Source: a virus
DNA length: 64,000 bases
Direction: 5' to 3' (one strand)
Virus record (IMG/VR): IMGVR_UViG_3300045988_090087
Shown: in pieces, positions 7,551 through 17,115 of the stretch
Position numbering within the stretch: the stretch's first letter is position 1
Layout of the letters: every line of letters starts with the position of its first letter
Notes under the pieces: generated by a model
Databases searched by the model: none
What the model was told of the DNA's origin: nothing
What the model saw: only the letters and a program-made list of their open reading frames with translations
Program-made: the position numbers and the translations under genes

Positions 7551-7751
7551 ATGGTTAAGTATAAAAAGTGTGGGGCATTACGAATTAGAATAGATGGTAA
7601 TAAATGTATTGTAGTAAATCTTAGATTACCTTCTATTACTAGTCGTAGTACTTCATATTTAGGGTTTTTAAGAGAAACTATTTTAGATAGTAATAAGCAA
7701 GAGTTTAATAATGCTGTAGAAACGATCTGTACTAGGATTAAATCTTTATAG
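7551..7751 (+). CDS. hypothetical protein (ends in TAG)
   Basis: 66-aa ORF; one of the few plus-arm ORFs terminated by TAG. Confidence 0.4.
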   Translation: MVKYKKCGALRIRIDGNKCIVVNLRLPSITSRSTSYLGFLRETILDSNKQEFNNAVETICTRIKSL

Positions 7752-7817
7752 TATTATATTATTTTACTTATCATAACGCAGATGATTATTAGTAGAAAAT
7801 TATTAATATGATTAAAT

Positions 7818-8000
7818 GTGTTTATTGATTTAACATTAGACAGCAATAGTATTAATAGAAGATATTTAATAGCCGTAGATGATATTTCCGTAGTAGAAGA
7901 AGCTGGAGAAAGCTCTTATGTAATGTTAAAGAGTGGTGACTATCTTTCTGTGAAGGAATCTATTGATTATATAAAGTCTTTATTAAATGTTGTCAAATGA
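7818..8000 (+). CDS. hypothetical protein
   Basis: 60-aa ORF with non-ATG (GTG) start; overlaps next ORF. Confidence 0.35.
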   Translation: MFIDLTLDSNSINRRYLIAVDDISVVEEAGESSYVMLKSGDYLSVKESIDYIKSLLNVVK

Positions 8001-8214
8001 AAAAGTAAATGTAAATTTAGGATGTGGAGGATGGGTTATTCCAGTAACTTTTATTATTTTATTAGTTGCTAAAGTTATTCTACATTCAGATATTTCATGG
8101 TTAGTTGTTTTTAGCCCATTCTTAATAGGAATAGGACTCATAATTATACTCTGTATCATATTGCTAATTTTATATTGTATACCTGATGGAAGATCTAACA
8201 GACATTATAGATGA
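7987..8214 (+). CDS. small membrane protein
   Basis: Two long hydrophobic segments in 75 aa. Confidence 0.5.
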   Translation: MLSNEKVNVNLGCGGWVIPVTFIILLVAKVILHSDISWLVVFSPFLIGIGLIIILCIILLILYCIPDGRSNRHYR

Positions 8215-8250
8215 CCTAGATGATTATTGGAATGATCTAGAAGCAGACTA

Positions 8251-8436
8251 TTGGAATTCCTTAGAAAAAGAAGGATTATGAATTCAGATACTCTTGTAAT
8301 AAAAGTAAATAAAGCTTGGAAAACATTAATTGCAGAGTCTCCTATATATCTATTAATGTTTAATAGAGAGTTAGGAAAGTGTAAAGACTTTTTTATTCTA
8401 GGATATTATACAGCAATTAGGGATTCTCACTTATGA
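8251..8436 (+). CDS. hypothetical protein
   Basis: 61-aa ORF whose stop overlaps the next start (ATGA). Confidence 0.4.
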   Translation: MEFLRKRRIMNSDTLVIKVNKAWKTLIAESPIYLLMFNRELGKCKDFFILGYYTAIRDSHL

Positions 8437-8660
8437 ATTATCAAAAAGCTAGTCAAGTATCTCTATTAGTAGAATTAATTAAATCTTCTGAAATAATGTC
8501 TAAAGAATATTCTGAAGCACATATACCAGAAGATTTAATTTCTAATATAAAGATATTGTGTATGAAAGATAATAGTTTTAGAAGAAGTTTCTATAGTATA
8601 ATGCAGAAACTTGGAAAGAAATATTCAGATATTTATATAAATAAATTATCAGCATTATGA
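8433..8660 (+). CDS. hypothetical protein
   Basis: ATGA-type overlaps at both ends. Confidence 0.5.
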   Translation: MNYQKASQVSLLVELIKSSEIMSKEYSEAHIPEDLISNIKILCMKDNSFRRSFYSIMQKLGKKYSDIYINKLSAL

Positions 8661-9160
8661 ACTTAGTTTGGTTAAAGTTAATAAAACGAATTTTAACTCA
8701 TAAGTATTATGTTGCTAAATATTGCTTTCAAATAGGATTATATTGGCAAGGTATTACTCATGATTTATCTAAATTTAGTTTTATAGAATTTTCAAGAGCT
8801 ATTAAGTATTGGGATGATAAAATGAGCTCTTTAGCGAATGAGTGCAGAATATTAGGATATAGTCAAACATTCCTTCACCATAGAGGAAGAAATCCTCATC
8901 ATTATGAATATTGGATACATTCCTTAGATAATGGAGGAATTCCTGCTAAAATGCCTAAAAAATATGTTCTAGAACTTATATGTGATTATTTAGCAGCAGC
9001 TAAAACATATGGAGCTGACCCTAGAAGAGAATATACATGGTGGCTTAAACAACAACCTCATATGAAAATCCACAAAAAAACTAAGAGTTATATAACTGAA
9101 GTGTTTTATAAATATAGTATAGGTTTAACATTAAAAGAATCAATTAATGGAAATTATTAA
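8657..9160 (+). CDS. hypothetical His-rich protein
   Basis: 167-aa ORF with HDLSK and HHRGRNPHHYEYW motifs; directly upstream of the NAD module. Confidence 0.6.
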   Translation: MNLVWLKLIKRILTHKYYVAKYCFQIGLYWQGITHDLSKFSFIEFSRAIKYWDDKMSSLANECRILGYSQTFLHHRGRNPHHYEYWIHSLDNGGIPAKMPKKYVLELICDYLAAAKTYGADPRREYTWWLKQQPHMKIHKKTKSYITEVFYKYSIGLTLKESINGNY

Positions 9161-10700
9161 TGCAACTGATGGCTATAAGCTTGGTCATCATCGTATGTAC
9201 CCAGAGGGTACACAAATGGTCTATAGTAACTGGACTCCTAGAAGTAATCGTTACTTCCCAGAAGCTACAGAAGGTTCTGTAGTATTTGGTATTCAGTACT
9301 TTGTAAAGAAGTATTTGATAGAGGAATTTAACAAATGGTTTGCTCTTCCTAAGGAAGAAGCTATTAAGCAATTTGCTTATCGTGTAGGTAACTTTGTAGA
9401 CCTTAATCAGGTTGGGACAAAGCATATTGAAGAACTTTATGATTTAGGATATCTTCCTATTGAAATTAAAGCTCTTCCTGAAGGTTCTATCTGTCCTATA
9501 AGAGTACCTATGATGACTATTAAGAACACTCTTCCTGATTTCTTCTGGTTGACTAATTACTTGGAAACTTTAATTAGTTGTACTCTATGGCTTCCTTGTA
9601 CTTCTGCAACAAGTGCTCGTCTCTATAAAAAGAGACTTATGGAACATGCTAGAAAGACTGGATTCCCAGAAGATGTAAATCTAGGTTTCTCTTGTCACGA
9701 TTTCTCAATGAGAGGTATGGCAGGACTTGATGCTGCTATTATTTCAGGTATGGCTCATATGACTTCATTCTGTGGTAGTGAAACAATTCCTGCTATTGAA
9801 GCAGTAGAGCATTATTACGATGCAGATGTTACTGAAGAACTTGTAGCTGCAACTGTCCCGGCTTCGGAACATTCAGTAATGTGCGCAGGAGGTGAGGATG
9901 GTGAGATTGAAACATACCGCCGTCTTATTAATGACTTATATCCAACAGGTATTATCTCAATAGTATCTGATACTTGGGATTTTTGGCAGGTAGTTGAGAA
10001 ATTCTTGCCTAAGCTTAAGGCAGATATTATGAAACGTGTTGGTCGAGTAGTAATTCGTCCTGATAGTGGTGACCCAGTGGATATTATTTGTGGTCTTCGT
10101 ACAAATCCTCACTATCATACTGCTATGAAAGAGGGTAAGTACTACTGTGATTTCAATCCATTTATGGATGATGATGAGAGTCATTATGTAGAAGTATCTG
10201 AAGGTCAGTATTATGGAGCATATTATATGCTAGGTAAAATCTTTGGATGGAATACTACTGTAAATGATTATCGTTATCCAAGTACTAAAGTAGGTTTGCT
10301 CTATGGAGATTCTATCACTCTGGAGCGTCAGCGTGATATCTATGCTAGATTGGAAAACGCTCATATGGCAGCTTGTAATCTTGTTCTAGGTATTGGATCT
10401 TATACTTATCAGTTTAAGAGTAGAGATTCTTTGGGTTTCGCAGTTAAAGCGACCGCATGCACCATTAATGGTAAACTTATAGAAATCTATAAGCACCCAA
10501 AGACTGATGATGGAACAAAGAACTCTCTTAAAGGTCTTATAAGAGTTGAAAAAGAGGATGGTAAGTATGTTGCTTATGACCAGCAGACTAAGGATGCAGA
10601 ACTACAAGGTTGTCTTAAAACAGTCTTTGTAGATGGAGAATTAGTAAGAGAATATTCTCTTTCTGAAATTCGTGAACGTGTAAATTCAACATTAGTATGA
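9147..10700 (+). CDS. nicotinamide phosphoribosyltransferase family protein (NAMPT/NadV-like, or Namat-like)
   Basis: 517 aa; N-terminal TDGYKLGHHRMYP and overall type-II PRTase pattern typical of NAMPT. Confidence 0.85.
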   Translation: MEIINATDGYKLGHHRMYPEGTQMVYSNWTPRSNRYFPEATEGSVVFGIQYFVKKYLIEEFNKWFALPKEEAIKQFAYRVGNFVDLNQVGTKHIEELYDLGYLPIEIKALPEGSICPIRVPMMTIKNTLPDFFWLTNYLETLISCTLWLPCTSATSARLYKKRLMEHARKTGFPEDVNLGFSCHDFSMRGMAGLDAAIISGMAHMTSFCGSETIPAIEAVEHYYDADVTEELVAATVPASEHSVMCAGGEDGEIETYRRLINDLYPTGIISIVSDTWDFWQVVEKFLPKLKADIMKRVGRVVIRPDSGDPVDIICGLRTNPHYHTAMKEGKYYCDFNPFMDDDESHYVEVSEGQYYGAYYMLGKIFGWNTTVNDYRYPSTKVGLLYGDSITLERQRDIYARLENAHMAACNLVLGIGSYTYQFKSRDSLGFAVKATACTINGKLIEIYKHPKTDDGTKNSLKGLIRVEKEDGKYVAYDQQTKDAELQGCLKTVFVDGELVREYSLSEIRERVNSTLV

Positions 10701-11191
10701 TAAAAATTGTTAGTGGAGATTTACTCCAATCAAATTTACCTCTTATAGCCCATCAAACTAATTGTTTAGGAGTAATGGGGGCTGGTATAGCTAAAGCTAT
10801 TAAAAATAAATGGAATAGCGTATATACACAATATGCTAATTATTGTAAAAATTTTGAATACTCTAAAAATTTATTAGGGAAATGTCAAATATGTGTAACT
10901 GGAGAATTTCCTATTAAATTTGTAGCTAATTTATTTGGAGAATATTCTTTTACTGAATCAGTAGCTCCTTTTGAAAATAGACATACTGATTATAATGCTC
11001 TTAAAAAAGCTTTGTTAAATTTAAAAGCTTTTTGTGAAGACGAAGAAGTAACAGAAGTAGGTATTCCTTATAAATTAGGATGTGGATTAGCAGGAGGAGA
11101 TTGGGATGGAGTAGTTTATCCTATGCTTCAAGAACTTTTTGCTAATGATTCAACAATAACTCTTTATATTTATAAATTATGCAACAATTAA
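10697..11191 (+). CDS. macro domain protein (ADP-ribose binding/hydrolase)
   Basis: IVSGDLL...LIAHQTNCLGVMGAGIAKAI... matches the macro-domain N-terminal and glycine-rich loops. Confidence 0.8.
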   Translation: MIKIVSGDLLQSNLPLIAHQTNCLGVMGAGIAKAIKNKWNSVYTQYANYCKNFEYSKNLLGKCQICVTGEFPIKFVANLFGEYSFTESVAPFENRHTDYNALKKALLNLKAFCEDEEVTEVGIPYKLGCGLAGGDWDGVVYPMLQELFANDSTITLYIYKLCNN

Positions 11192-11988
11192 ATTTAGTAT
11201 ATCTAGAAGATAGTGATATTAAATATTCTATCTCTAGATTTCCTGATGGGGAAGTCCAAATTTCATTAGAAGAATTTAGTCATAAGGAACAAGTATTAGT
11301 AAAATGTAGAATTACTAATGCTGAAGACTTATTTATACTTATGCAAGTTTTAGATATCCTTGATAGACATGAAGTTCTATATAAAATAAATATCTATTAC
11401 TTAATGAGTATGAGAATGGATCGAGTAATGGTTTTCAATAGACCATTTACTTTAAAAATAGTCTTAAATGTATTAAAAAATTGTAATGCAGAGACTATTG
11501 AAATTTTAGAACCTCATTCTGATGTTTATTATGATCCTAGATTCGGAGTTAAATTCATGCCTCTTTACGCTGAAAAGAATCCATCTAATAATACTTGGAA
11601 AGAATTTCAATTAGTTTTCCCAGATGCTGGAGCTGAGAAGAGAAATGAATTCAGATATAATCGTAAAGCAATTACTTGTAGTAAAGTTCGAGATTTAACT
11701 ACTGGAAGAATCTTAGAGATTAAAATAGACAATCCTGAAATAATTAGTGATAAACCATTATTAATTCTTGATGATTTATGTGATGGTGGAGGCACTTTTT
11801 GTGGTATTGCTAAAGCATTTAATATTTTAGGTGTTCCTAAGGAACGTTTGAATATCGCAGTTACTCATATGGTAAATCCTAAGGGTATAAAGAATCTATC
11901 AGAAAACTTTAATCACGTATGGTTTACTAATTCTTATAAAGACTGGGACAATCTTCCTGAGAATGTTACAATGTTTAAGGTTATCTAA
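11179..11988 (+). CDS. ribose-phosphate pyrophosphokinase (Prs) family protein, possibly ADPR-pyrophosphate synthetase-like
   Basis: PRPP-binding loop LLILDDLCDGGGTF and Prs-like length and organisation. Confidence 0.8.
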   Translation: MQQLNLVYLEDSDIKYSISRFPDGEVQISLEEFSHKEQVLVKCRITNAEDLFILMQVLDILDRHEVLYKINIYYLMSMRMDRVMVFNRPFTLKIVLNVLKNCNAETIEILEPHSDVYYDPRFGVKFMPLYAEKNPSNNTWKEFQLVFPDAGAEKRNEFRYNRKAITCSKVRDLTTGRILEIKIDNPEIISDKPLLILDDLCDGGGTFCGIAKAFNILGVPKERLNIAVTHMVNPKGIKNLSENFNHVWFTNSYKDWDNLPENVTMFKVI

Positions 11989-12146
11989 TGTATATTTTGG
12001 GACTTATTATAACTATTATTTTGGTAATAATTATAATTGATCCAAGATTAGATATTACAGATAACCAATGTATATTGTGGTATTCAAATTTAGAAGGAGA
12101 ACGTTGTTATTTAATACTTTGGAATAAAAATGATCATTATAAATAA
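11988..12146 (+). CDS. small membrane protein (52 aa)
   Basis: Hand-translated MYILGLIITIILVIIIID...; TAATG overlap with the Prs-like gene; below track cutoff. Confidence 0.35.
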   Translation: MYILGLIITIILVIIIIDPRLDITDNQCILWYSNLEGERCYLILWNKNDHYK

Positions 12147-12456
12147 AAATGAATTAGACCCTGACTTAATTCATGACATTAATTTAGAGTTAGAAGCATT
12201 ATTTACAAATAATAGAACTTGGGAAATTAGTTCTAGTACTGGAGATTTAGATGATGCTTCAGATATACGAATTGTTATTAAAGGTGAGGGACATTGCTAT
12301 ATTTCCACAATAAGTGATACTGAAGAATACGTCAGAGATTTATTAAATGGTTATAGAAAAGCTCATAGTTTTGATACTTTTTGTATGTCTACAACGTATT
12401 TTGATCCTGAAAAGAACGGAATAGTATTTGAATATGCAGATTACATATCTTTATAA
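12130..12456 (+). CDS. hypothetical acidic protein
   Basis: 108-aa ORF in the operon. Confidence 0.55.
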   Translation: MIIINKNELDPDLIHDINLELEALFTNNRTWEISSSTGDLDDASDIRIVIKGEGHCYISTISDTEEYVRDLLNGYRKAHSFDTFCMSTTYFDPEKNGIVFEYADYISL

Positions 12457-12458
12457 CT

Positions 12459-12872
12459 ATGTTACAGATTTATACTGATGGTGCTTATAAATCTTCTATT
12501 GACCAGGGAGGTATTGGAATAGTATGGATGAAGGATGATGAAGTATTTAAAAAATACTCTAAAGGCTTTAAACATACTACTAATAATAAAATGGAATTAA
12601 TTGCTATGCTATGTGCTTTTAAGTCCATTAAAACTCCAATAGATGAAGTAGAATTTATAAGTGACAGTCAATATGTATTAGGATGTCTTACTAAAGGATG
12701 GAAGAAAAAAAAGAATGTAGAGCTCTGGAATATTTTAGATAAAGAATATGAAAGAGTTAAATCTTTAATAAAAAATATTAAATTTACCCATGTTAGGGGA
12801 CATCAAGATTGTTTTGGTAATAATCTAGCGGATGAATTAGCTAGTAATGCTAGTTTAGAATTATTAGAATAA
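12459..12872 (+). CDS. rnhA: ribonuclease HI
   Basis: IYTDGA..., NNKMEL, ISDSQYV, HVRGH...N..AD motifs (DEDD catalytic pattern of RNase H1). Confidence 0.85.
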   Translation: MLQIYTDGAYKSSIDQGGIGIVWMKDDEVFKKYSKGFKHTTNNKMELIAMLCAFKSIKTPIDEVEFISDSQYVLGCLTKGWKKKKNVELWNILDKEYERVKSLIKNIKFTHVRGHQDCFGNNLADELASNASLELLE

Positions 12873-13087
12873 TGTATTTAGTTATATTAATAATAATTGT
12901 TGCAGGTATAACTATTTATATTGGATCTGCATTTGCTGTTATAGACAGATGGACTGAAATTAATGTTCCTACTAATATAATAACAATATTAATATTAGTA
13001 TGTCCAATTATAAATACGTTATTAGCACTGTATTACCTGTATCCTGAATTAACAGAAACTTTAAGTAAAATTTTTAAAAATAATTAA
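12872..13087 (+). CDS. small membrane protein
   Basis: Two hydrophobic helices; TAATG overlap with rnhA. Confidence 0.5.
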   Translation: MYLVILIIIVAGITIYIGSAFAVIDRWTEINVPTNIITILILVCPIINTLLALYYLYPELTETLSKIFKNN

Positions 13088-13089
13088 TT

Positions 13090-13269
13090 ATGGCTAAAGA
13101 AATTGTAAAAGCAACAGTGGACACTATTACTATTTATCGTACTACTGGTGGTAAAATTGCGGTAAAACGTAGTGACCGATTAAAACCAAGTAGATATTTC
13201 GATGATATCAAAGATGCTCGTAAGTATGCTGATGAGCACTTTGAAGGTAATGTCTCAGAGTCTCTCTAA
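13090..13269 (+). CDS. hypothetical protein (59 aa)
   Basis: Hand-translated MAKEIVKATVDTITIYR...; below track cutoff. Confidence 0.4.
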   Translation: MAKEIVKATVDTITIYRTTGGKIAVKRSDRLKPSRYFDDIKDARKYADEHFEGNVSESL

Positions 13270-13546
13270 GACATTTTCATTTCTAGAGTGATAAATTGTT
13301 CATGATTCTAAATTTAGAAGTTTGTAGGCTATTCTAGATGTGTCTATGACTAAATTATGGTATTTTACCTAGATAATTTTAATATTACACAGATGATTAA
13401 TTTTCTTTTAATTTTCAATTCTAGTTAAAATGAAGTATAAGGCAAAGCTTGAAAGACTTCGTCAGAAGCAGGTATGGTGGGATAAGCTCCCTCAAACAGT
13501 AAAGAATGCAACAACAAGACCTGGTGGTATTGGATCAAAATAATCT

Positions 13547-13864
13547 ATGATAATTAAAGAGTCTGATTTTGAATTAAGATCTTCAACAAATGATGAAAGT
13601 TGTCCTCATTGGGATTTATATATTATGAAGACCATTAATGCCAAATCTAAAACTAGAGAGGCTAGAGAGGAACTTACTTTAGCAGGATATGGATTAACCT
13701 TATCTGGAGCTATGGCATCAATTGCTAGATATAGAGTAGCTAAAGCTAATTCTGAAAAGGCTTTTACTATGCAACAATATTTAGATTCCTATACAAAAGA
13801 ACTTCATAGATTATATGATATTGTGGGAGAAACTCCTAACAATACTACTTTGATGGAGGAATGA
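13547..13864 (+). CDS. hypothetical protein
   Basis: 105-aa ORF; ATGA overlap with the next gene. Confidence 0.55.
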   Translation: MIIKESDFELRSSTNDESCPHWDLYIMKTINAKSKTREAREELTLAGYGLTLSGAMASIARYRVAKANSEKAFTMQQYLDSYTKELHRLYDIVGETPNNTTLMEE

Positions 13865-14130
13865 TTAAGTCCATTCCTATAACTACTTGGAGAGACGAAC
13901 ATCATAGAGACATTACAGTTTCTAAGATGTTCGTCTATGAACTTACAGCATATGCTCATTATAAAGATAGAGAGGAATTGCTAGGTAGCAAGTTTATATC
14001 TTCAAGTAAACCTCTTAAAGAGAGGGTACAAGTTACTAAAAAAATTGGATACAGAATTATAAAATCCATTGACTTAGTATCAGCTCCTCTAGATTATATT
14101 ATTAATAATTCCAAATTTAAAAAATTATGA
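13861..14130 (+). CDS. hypothetical protein
   Basis: Coupled overlaps on both sides. Confidence 0.55.
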   Translation: MIKSIPITTWRDEHHRDITVSKMFVYELTAYAHYKDREELLGSKFISSSKPLKERVQVTKKIGYRIIKSIDLVSAPLDYIINNSKFKKL

Positions 14131-14561
14131 CAAACACTAAGCAGAAACTCGTAGATTACAGAGAAGGTAGTTTTGTAGACTTCGAAGGTAAAGATCATTA
14201 TTTTGTAGTATGTGCTGTTCTTAGAGAAAGTACTATATCTGAAAATCCTACTAGAATTCTTAGTTTTGGAGTATCTTTCTGTAATCCGGTAGATAAACAC
14301 AACAATGAACTTGGTAAGAAAATTGCTTATGGTAAAAGTATTAGTGATAGAAATATCAACGTACTATTAGGTAGAGCAGGACTTCTTAATATTGAGACTG
14401 TAAAATATATACTTGATAATGAAGTTAATCACGTAAAACAATATCCTGAGCAGTATAGTGTGGCATATGCTAAAGCTAAAGATAAATATGAAAAAGCTAA
14501 AGAAAAAACTAAAGCTTTAGCTCAAAAAGCAGCTTTATATAATAAGGCAGTAGCAGATTAA
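14127..14561 (+). CDS. hypothetical protein
   Basis: 144-aa ORF; stop overlaps next start. Confidence 0.6.
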   Translation: MTNTKQKLVDYREGSFVDFEGKDHYFVVCAVLRESTISENPTRILSFGVSFCNPVDKHNNELGKKIAYGKSISDRNINVLLGRAGLLNIETVKYILDNEVNHVKQYPEQYSVAYAKAKDKYEKAKEKTKALAQKAALYNKAVAD

Positions 14562-14893
14562 TGAAACTTTTAGATAGATTAATTTTAATATTAATTTTTA
14601 TTACTATTATAGGAGCTACTATCTTTTTATATAAAGGGTTTAAATCTACTACTGTAATGCCTACAGATACCTTAGAAAGAAAAATAGACTCATTAAATAG
14701 TAAGAAAAATTCTATTAAAGTTGATATCAATAAGTGTGATACTGCTATCTACTATAATAAAACTATCTATGTTAAAGAGAAGGACAATATTATTAAGCAG
14801 TCTCCTGATAGCGACATGCAGTTTTTCACAAACTACATTCAAGAAGTCGGGAGAAAACTTCTTATTGACACCGTATCAATTAAAAATAACTAA
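14561..14893 (+). CDS. N-terminally membrane-anchored protein (i-spanin-like topology)
   Basis: Single N-terminal TM (LILILIFITIIGATIFLY) followed by a polar domain. Confidence 0.55.
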   Translation: MKLLDRLILILIFITIIGATIFLYKGFKSTTVMPTDTLERKIDSLNSKKNSIKVDINKCDTAIYYNKTIYVKEKDNIIKQSPDSDMQFFTNYIQEVGRKLLIDTVSIKNN

Positions 14894-15134
14894 TCTTATT
14901 TTTAATGAGCATAAATATTTACTAGTAAATGATAGTCTACAAAAAATTCAAATAAATAACTACAAATCTTTAGTAAATACGCTGGATAGTACGCTAACAT
15001 ATAAAAATTATCAAATAAAGATTCAATCTGATAAAAATAATGAATTGTATATACAAAATAAAAAATTATCAAAATTGAATTATTTATTTGGAGGTATAAG
15101 TATATTATCTATAATATGTGCTCTAATACATTAG
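14769..15134 (+). CDS. putative lipoprotein in the +1 frame overlapping the previous gene (o-spanin-like arrangement)
   Basis: MLKRRTILLSSLLIATC: signal peptide plus Cys. There is no ATG in this frame downstream of the overlap, so the start must lie inside 14561..14893. Ends in TAG. Confidence 0.45.
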   Translation: MLKRRTILLSSLLIATCSFSQTTFKKSGENFLLTPYQLKITNLIFNEHKYLLVNDSLQKIQINNYKSLVNTLDSTLTYKNYQIKIQSDKNNELYIQNKKLSKLNYLFGGISILSIICALIH

Positions 15135-15283
15135 ATACTTACATAAAGGATACTGACGGTAAGAAATTTAAATTTCCAGATAGAGATTGTAAGAATTGTA
15201 AAAGATATAAATGCTTAGTAAATATGGACATGCTTAAATGTAATTTTGCTAAGTATGGATGCAGAAATTATAATCCTAGATAA
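15116..15283 (+). CDS. small Cys-rich (zinc-ribbon-like) protein, 55 aa
   Basis: Hand translation MCSNTLD...DRDCKNCKRYKCLV...KCNFAKYGCRNY. Confidence 0.4.
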   Translation: MCSNTLDTYIKDTDGKKFKFPDRDCKNCKRYKCLVNMDMLKCNFAKYGCRNYNPR

Positions 15284-15342
15284 CTAAAATTACTAAAAAT
15301 TGATAAATAATATTTACGCCTTGAAAAAGGATTACCATATTA

Positions 15343-15681
15343 TTGCGGAAATTTATTTATCAATTAATGGTTGTTTATAGTAAATTACTTGAGAAATTTA
15401 ATGATAGCTTAGGCTATGTGATATATGTATTCGAATTGTTAGATAATGAGGATAAGCTTAGAGAAAAGACTAAATACCTTATGTGTACCCAACCTCCTAA
15501 TTGGAGTGCTGCTACTATAAATTATGGTGATATTGGTTATCTCGAAGTGAAGCCTGTAATAGCAGGGATAGATGAATGGTACGATGGAGACACACAACAG
15601 AAATACAGATATAATAATGTCTGGTTTATTAAGTTTGTCCCTCAGAGACCTAAAAACGTAGATGATATAATAATACAATAA
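15343..15681 (+). CDS. hypothetical protein
   Basis: 112-aa ORF; the track start is non-ATG and the true start is uncertain. Confidence 0.5.
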   Translation: MRKFIYQLMVVYSKLLEKFNDSLGYVIYVFELLDNEDKLREKTKYLMCTQPPNWSAATINYGDIGYLEVKPVIAGIDEWYDGDTQQKYRYNNVWFIKFVPQRPKNVDDIIIQ

Positions 15682-15697
15682 ATAATCTTTAAGATTT

Positions 15698-16684
15698 ATG
15701 ACAACAGTTTTAGGTGATAAACTCAATCAAGCTTTTGAAGCTAAGAATAATGATGTAGAAACATTTCTCTGGAAAGGTTCCAGAAAAATTGTAGATGGTG
15801 AACGCATTCAGTCTTCCATGAAAATGGTAGATATGACTGAAGAAGAATTACGTAAAGCATATAAACATTGTGAATCAATGCTTTATAGTGACAACTATGA
15901 AAATCCTGGACGACGAGTTTTGTTGGAACAGATTGAAGATCAAAGAACTCGCTGTAATGCTGAGTTGTTCTTAATTTGGCTATTGTACCCAGGTGAAGGT
16001 AGTACTAGACAAGGTATTGTAAGAACTAGTTTCTTTAATATGCTCAATCAGCAGATTACTGCTCAGGCAGAACAGTTTGCTAAAGAGAATGCAGAAAGTG
16101 GTGAGGGCGAGACAAATGTTAGTGCTATTGCAGAGACTCTCTTTAAAGAGTGGACTCTTAATGATATTATGAATAGTGATGAAGATTCATTTACCATGTT
16201 TGCTTCATTACCATTGTATATCGTTAGAGAAGCTTGTTTATCTGCTTTAGGTAAATGTGTCCGTAAACACATTACTCTTACATTTATTACTGAGCTTGGA
16301 TTGTGGTTTACACGTTCTGAGTTATTAGAATTAAATAAAAAAGACGAGAATGGTCGTTTAGTAGATAGAATTAAGCAAGTTGCTGAACTTCTAAATATTA
16401 AATTGAGAGACCCTAAGAATCCTGAAGACAGAAAAGGTCTTGTTTTAAAAATTGATGATAGAAAAGGCTTAACTCTAAAAGAGTTTAGCGCAATGCTTAC
16501 CTTCCGTAAGGATAAATATGATAAGCGTTATAATGATCTGACTAAAGTACAATTGGAAACCTTAAGAGATAAAGTTTTACTGCATCTCGAAAATAAGGTT
16601 AGATGGCAAGCTTCAGAGTGGGAGAAGCGTATTAAACAAATCAAAGCAGTAGCTGATTATAATGGCTACAAACTCTCTGATTGA
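15698..16684 (+). CDS. hypothetical protein (328 aa)
   Basis: Long ORF upstream of, and overlapping, the helicase gene. Confidence 0.65.
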   Translation: MTTVLGDKLNQAFEAKNNDVETFLWKGSRKIVDGERIQSSMKMVDMTEEELRKAYKHCESMLYSDNYENPGRRVLLEQIEDQRTRCNAELFLIWLLYPGEGSTRQGIVRTSFFNMLNQQITAQAEQFAKENAESGEGETNVSAIAETLFKEWTLNDIMNSDEDSFTMFASLPLYIVREACLSALGKCVRKHITLTFITELGLWFTRSELLELNKKDENGRLVDRIKQVAELLNIKLRDPKNPEDRKGLVLKIDDRKGLTLKEFSAMLTFRKDKYDKRYNDLTKVQLETLRDKVLLHLENKVRWQASEWEKRIKQIKAVADYNGYKLSD

Positions 16685-16793
16685 AGGAGAACTATTTCAT
16701 AAAATCACTAGAGATGAACGACAAGAAGAGTGTCGTAAAAAATGGATAAAAAATCGTTGTGTGGGGACAATAGTTGCGTCTACTGGCTTTGGT
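16662..16793 (+). CDS. SF2 (DEAH-box/SNF2-like) helicase, exon 1
   Basis: Ends ...GTIVASTGFG, the first half of a Walker A loop; the frame then runs into unrelated sequence. Confidence 0.65.
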
Positions 16794-17115
16794 ACTGTAA
16801 AAGCGGGTCATATACCTGTTAATTACGATGCCGTTCCGATAGAGGAATCTTCGGAATTATCATCGAGCAAAATCGGTAGAAGCCCTATAGAGGGTAATAC
16901 CGAGGTAATAGAAGAAATTAAAGAATCTTCTACACCGTACAGCATAGAGAATGAAACTAATAAATAGTCTAGTTAATAGCTAGACTATTTTTATTAGAAT
17001 ATAATTTCTCCACGAGTGTTCGATACCCCAACTGAAATAAGTGGGTAAAAATTTATGCGGGACTTACTAGTAATAGTAAGAAGTATAGATAAAAAACTAT
17101 ACGATAACAAAATCG
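16794..17115 (+). mobile_element. intervening sequence in the helicase gene, putative group I intron (322 nt, no ORF)
   Basis: Upstream exon ends in T, the element ends in G, and joining restores GFG-KS Walker A. I did not recognise classic P7 motifs. Confidence 0.5.
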
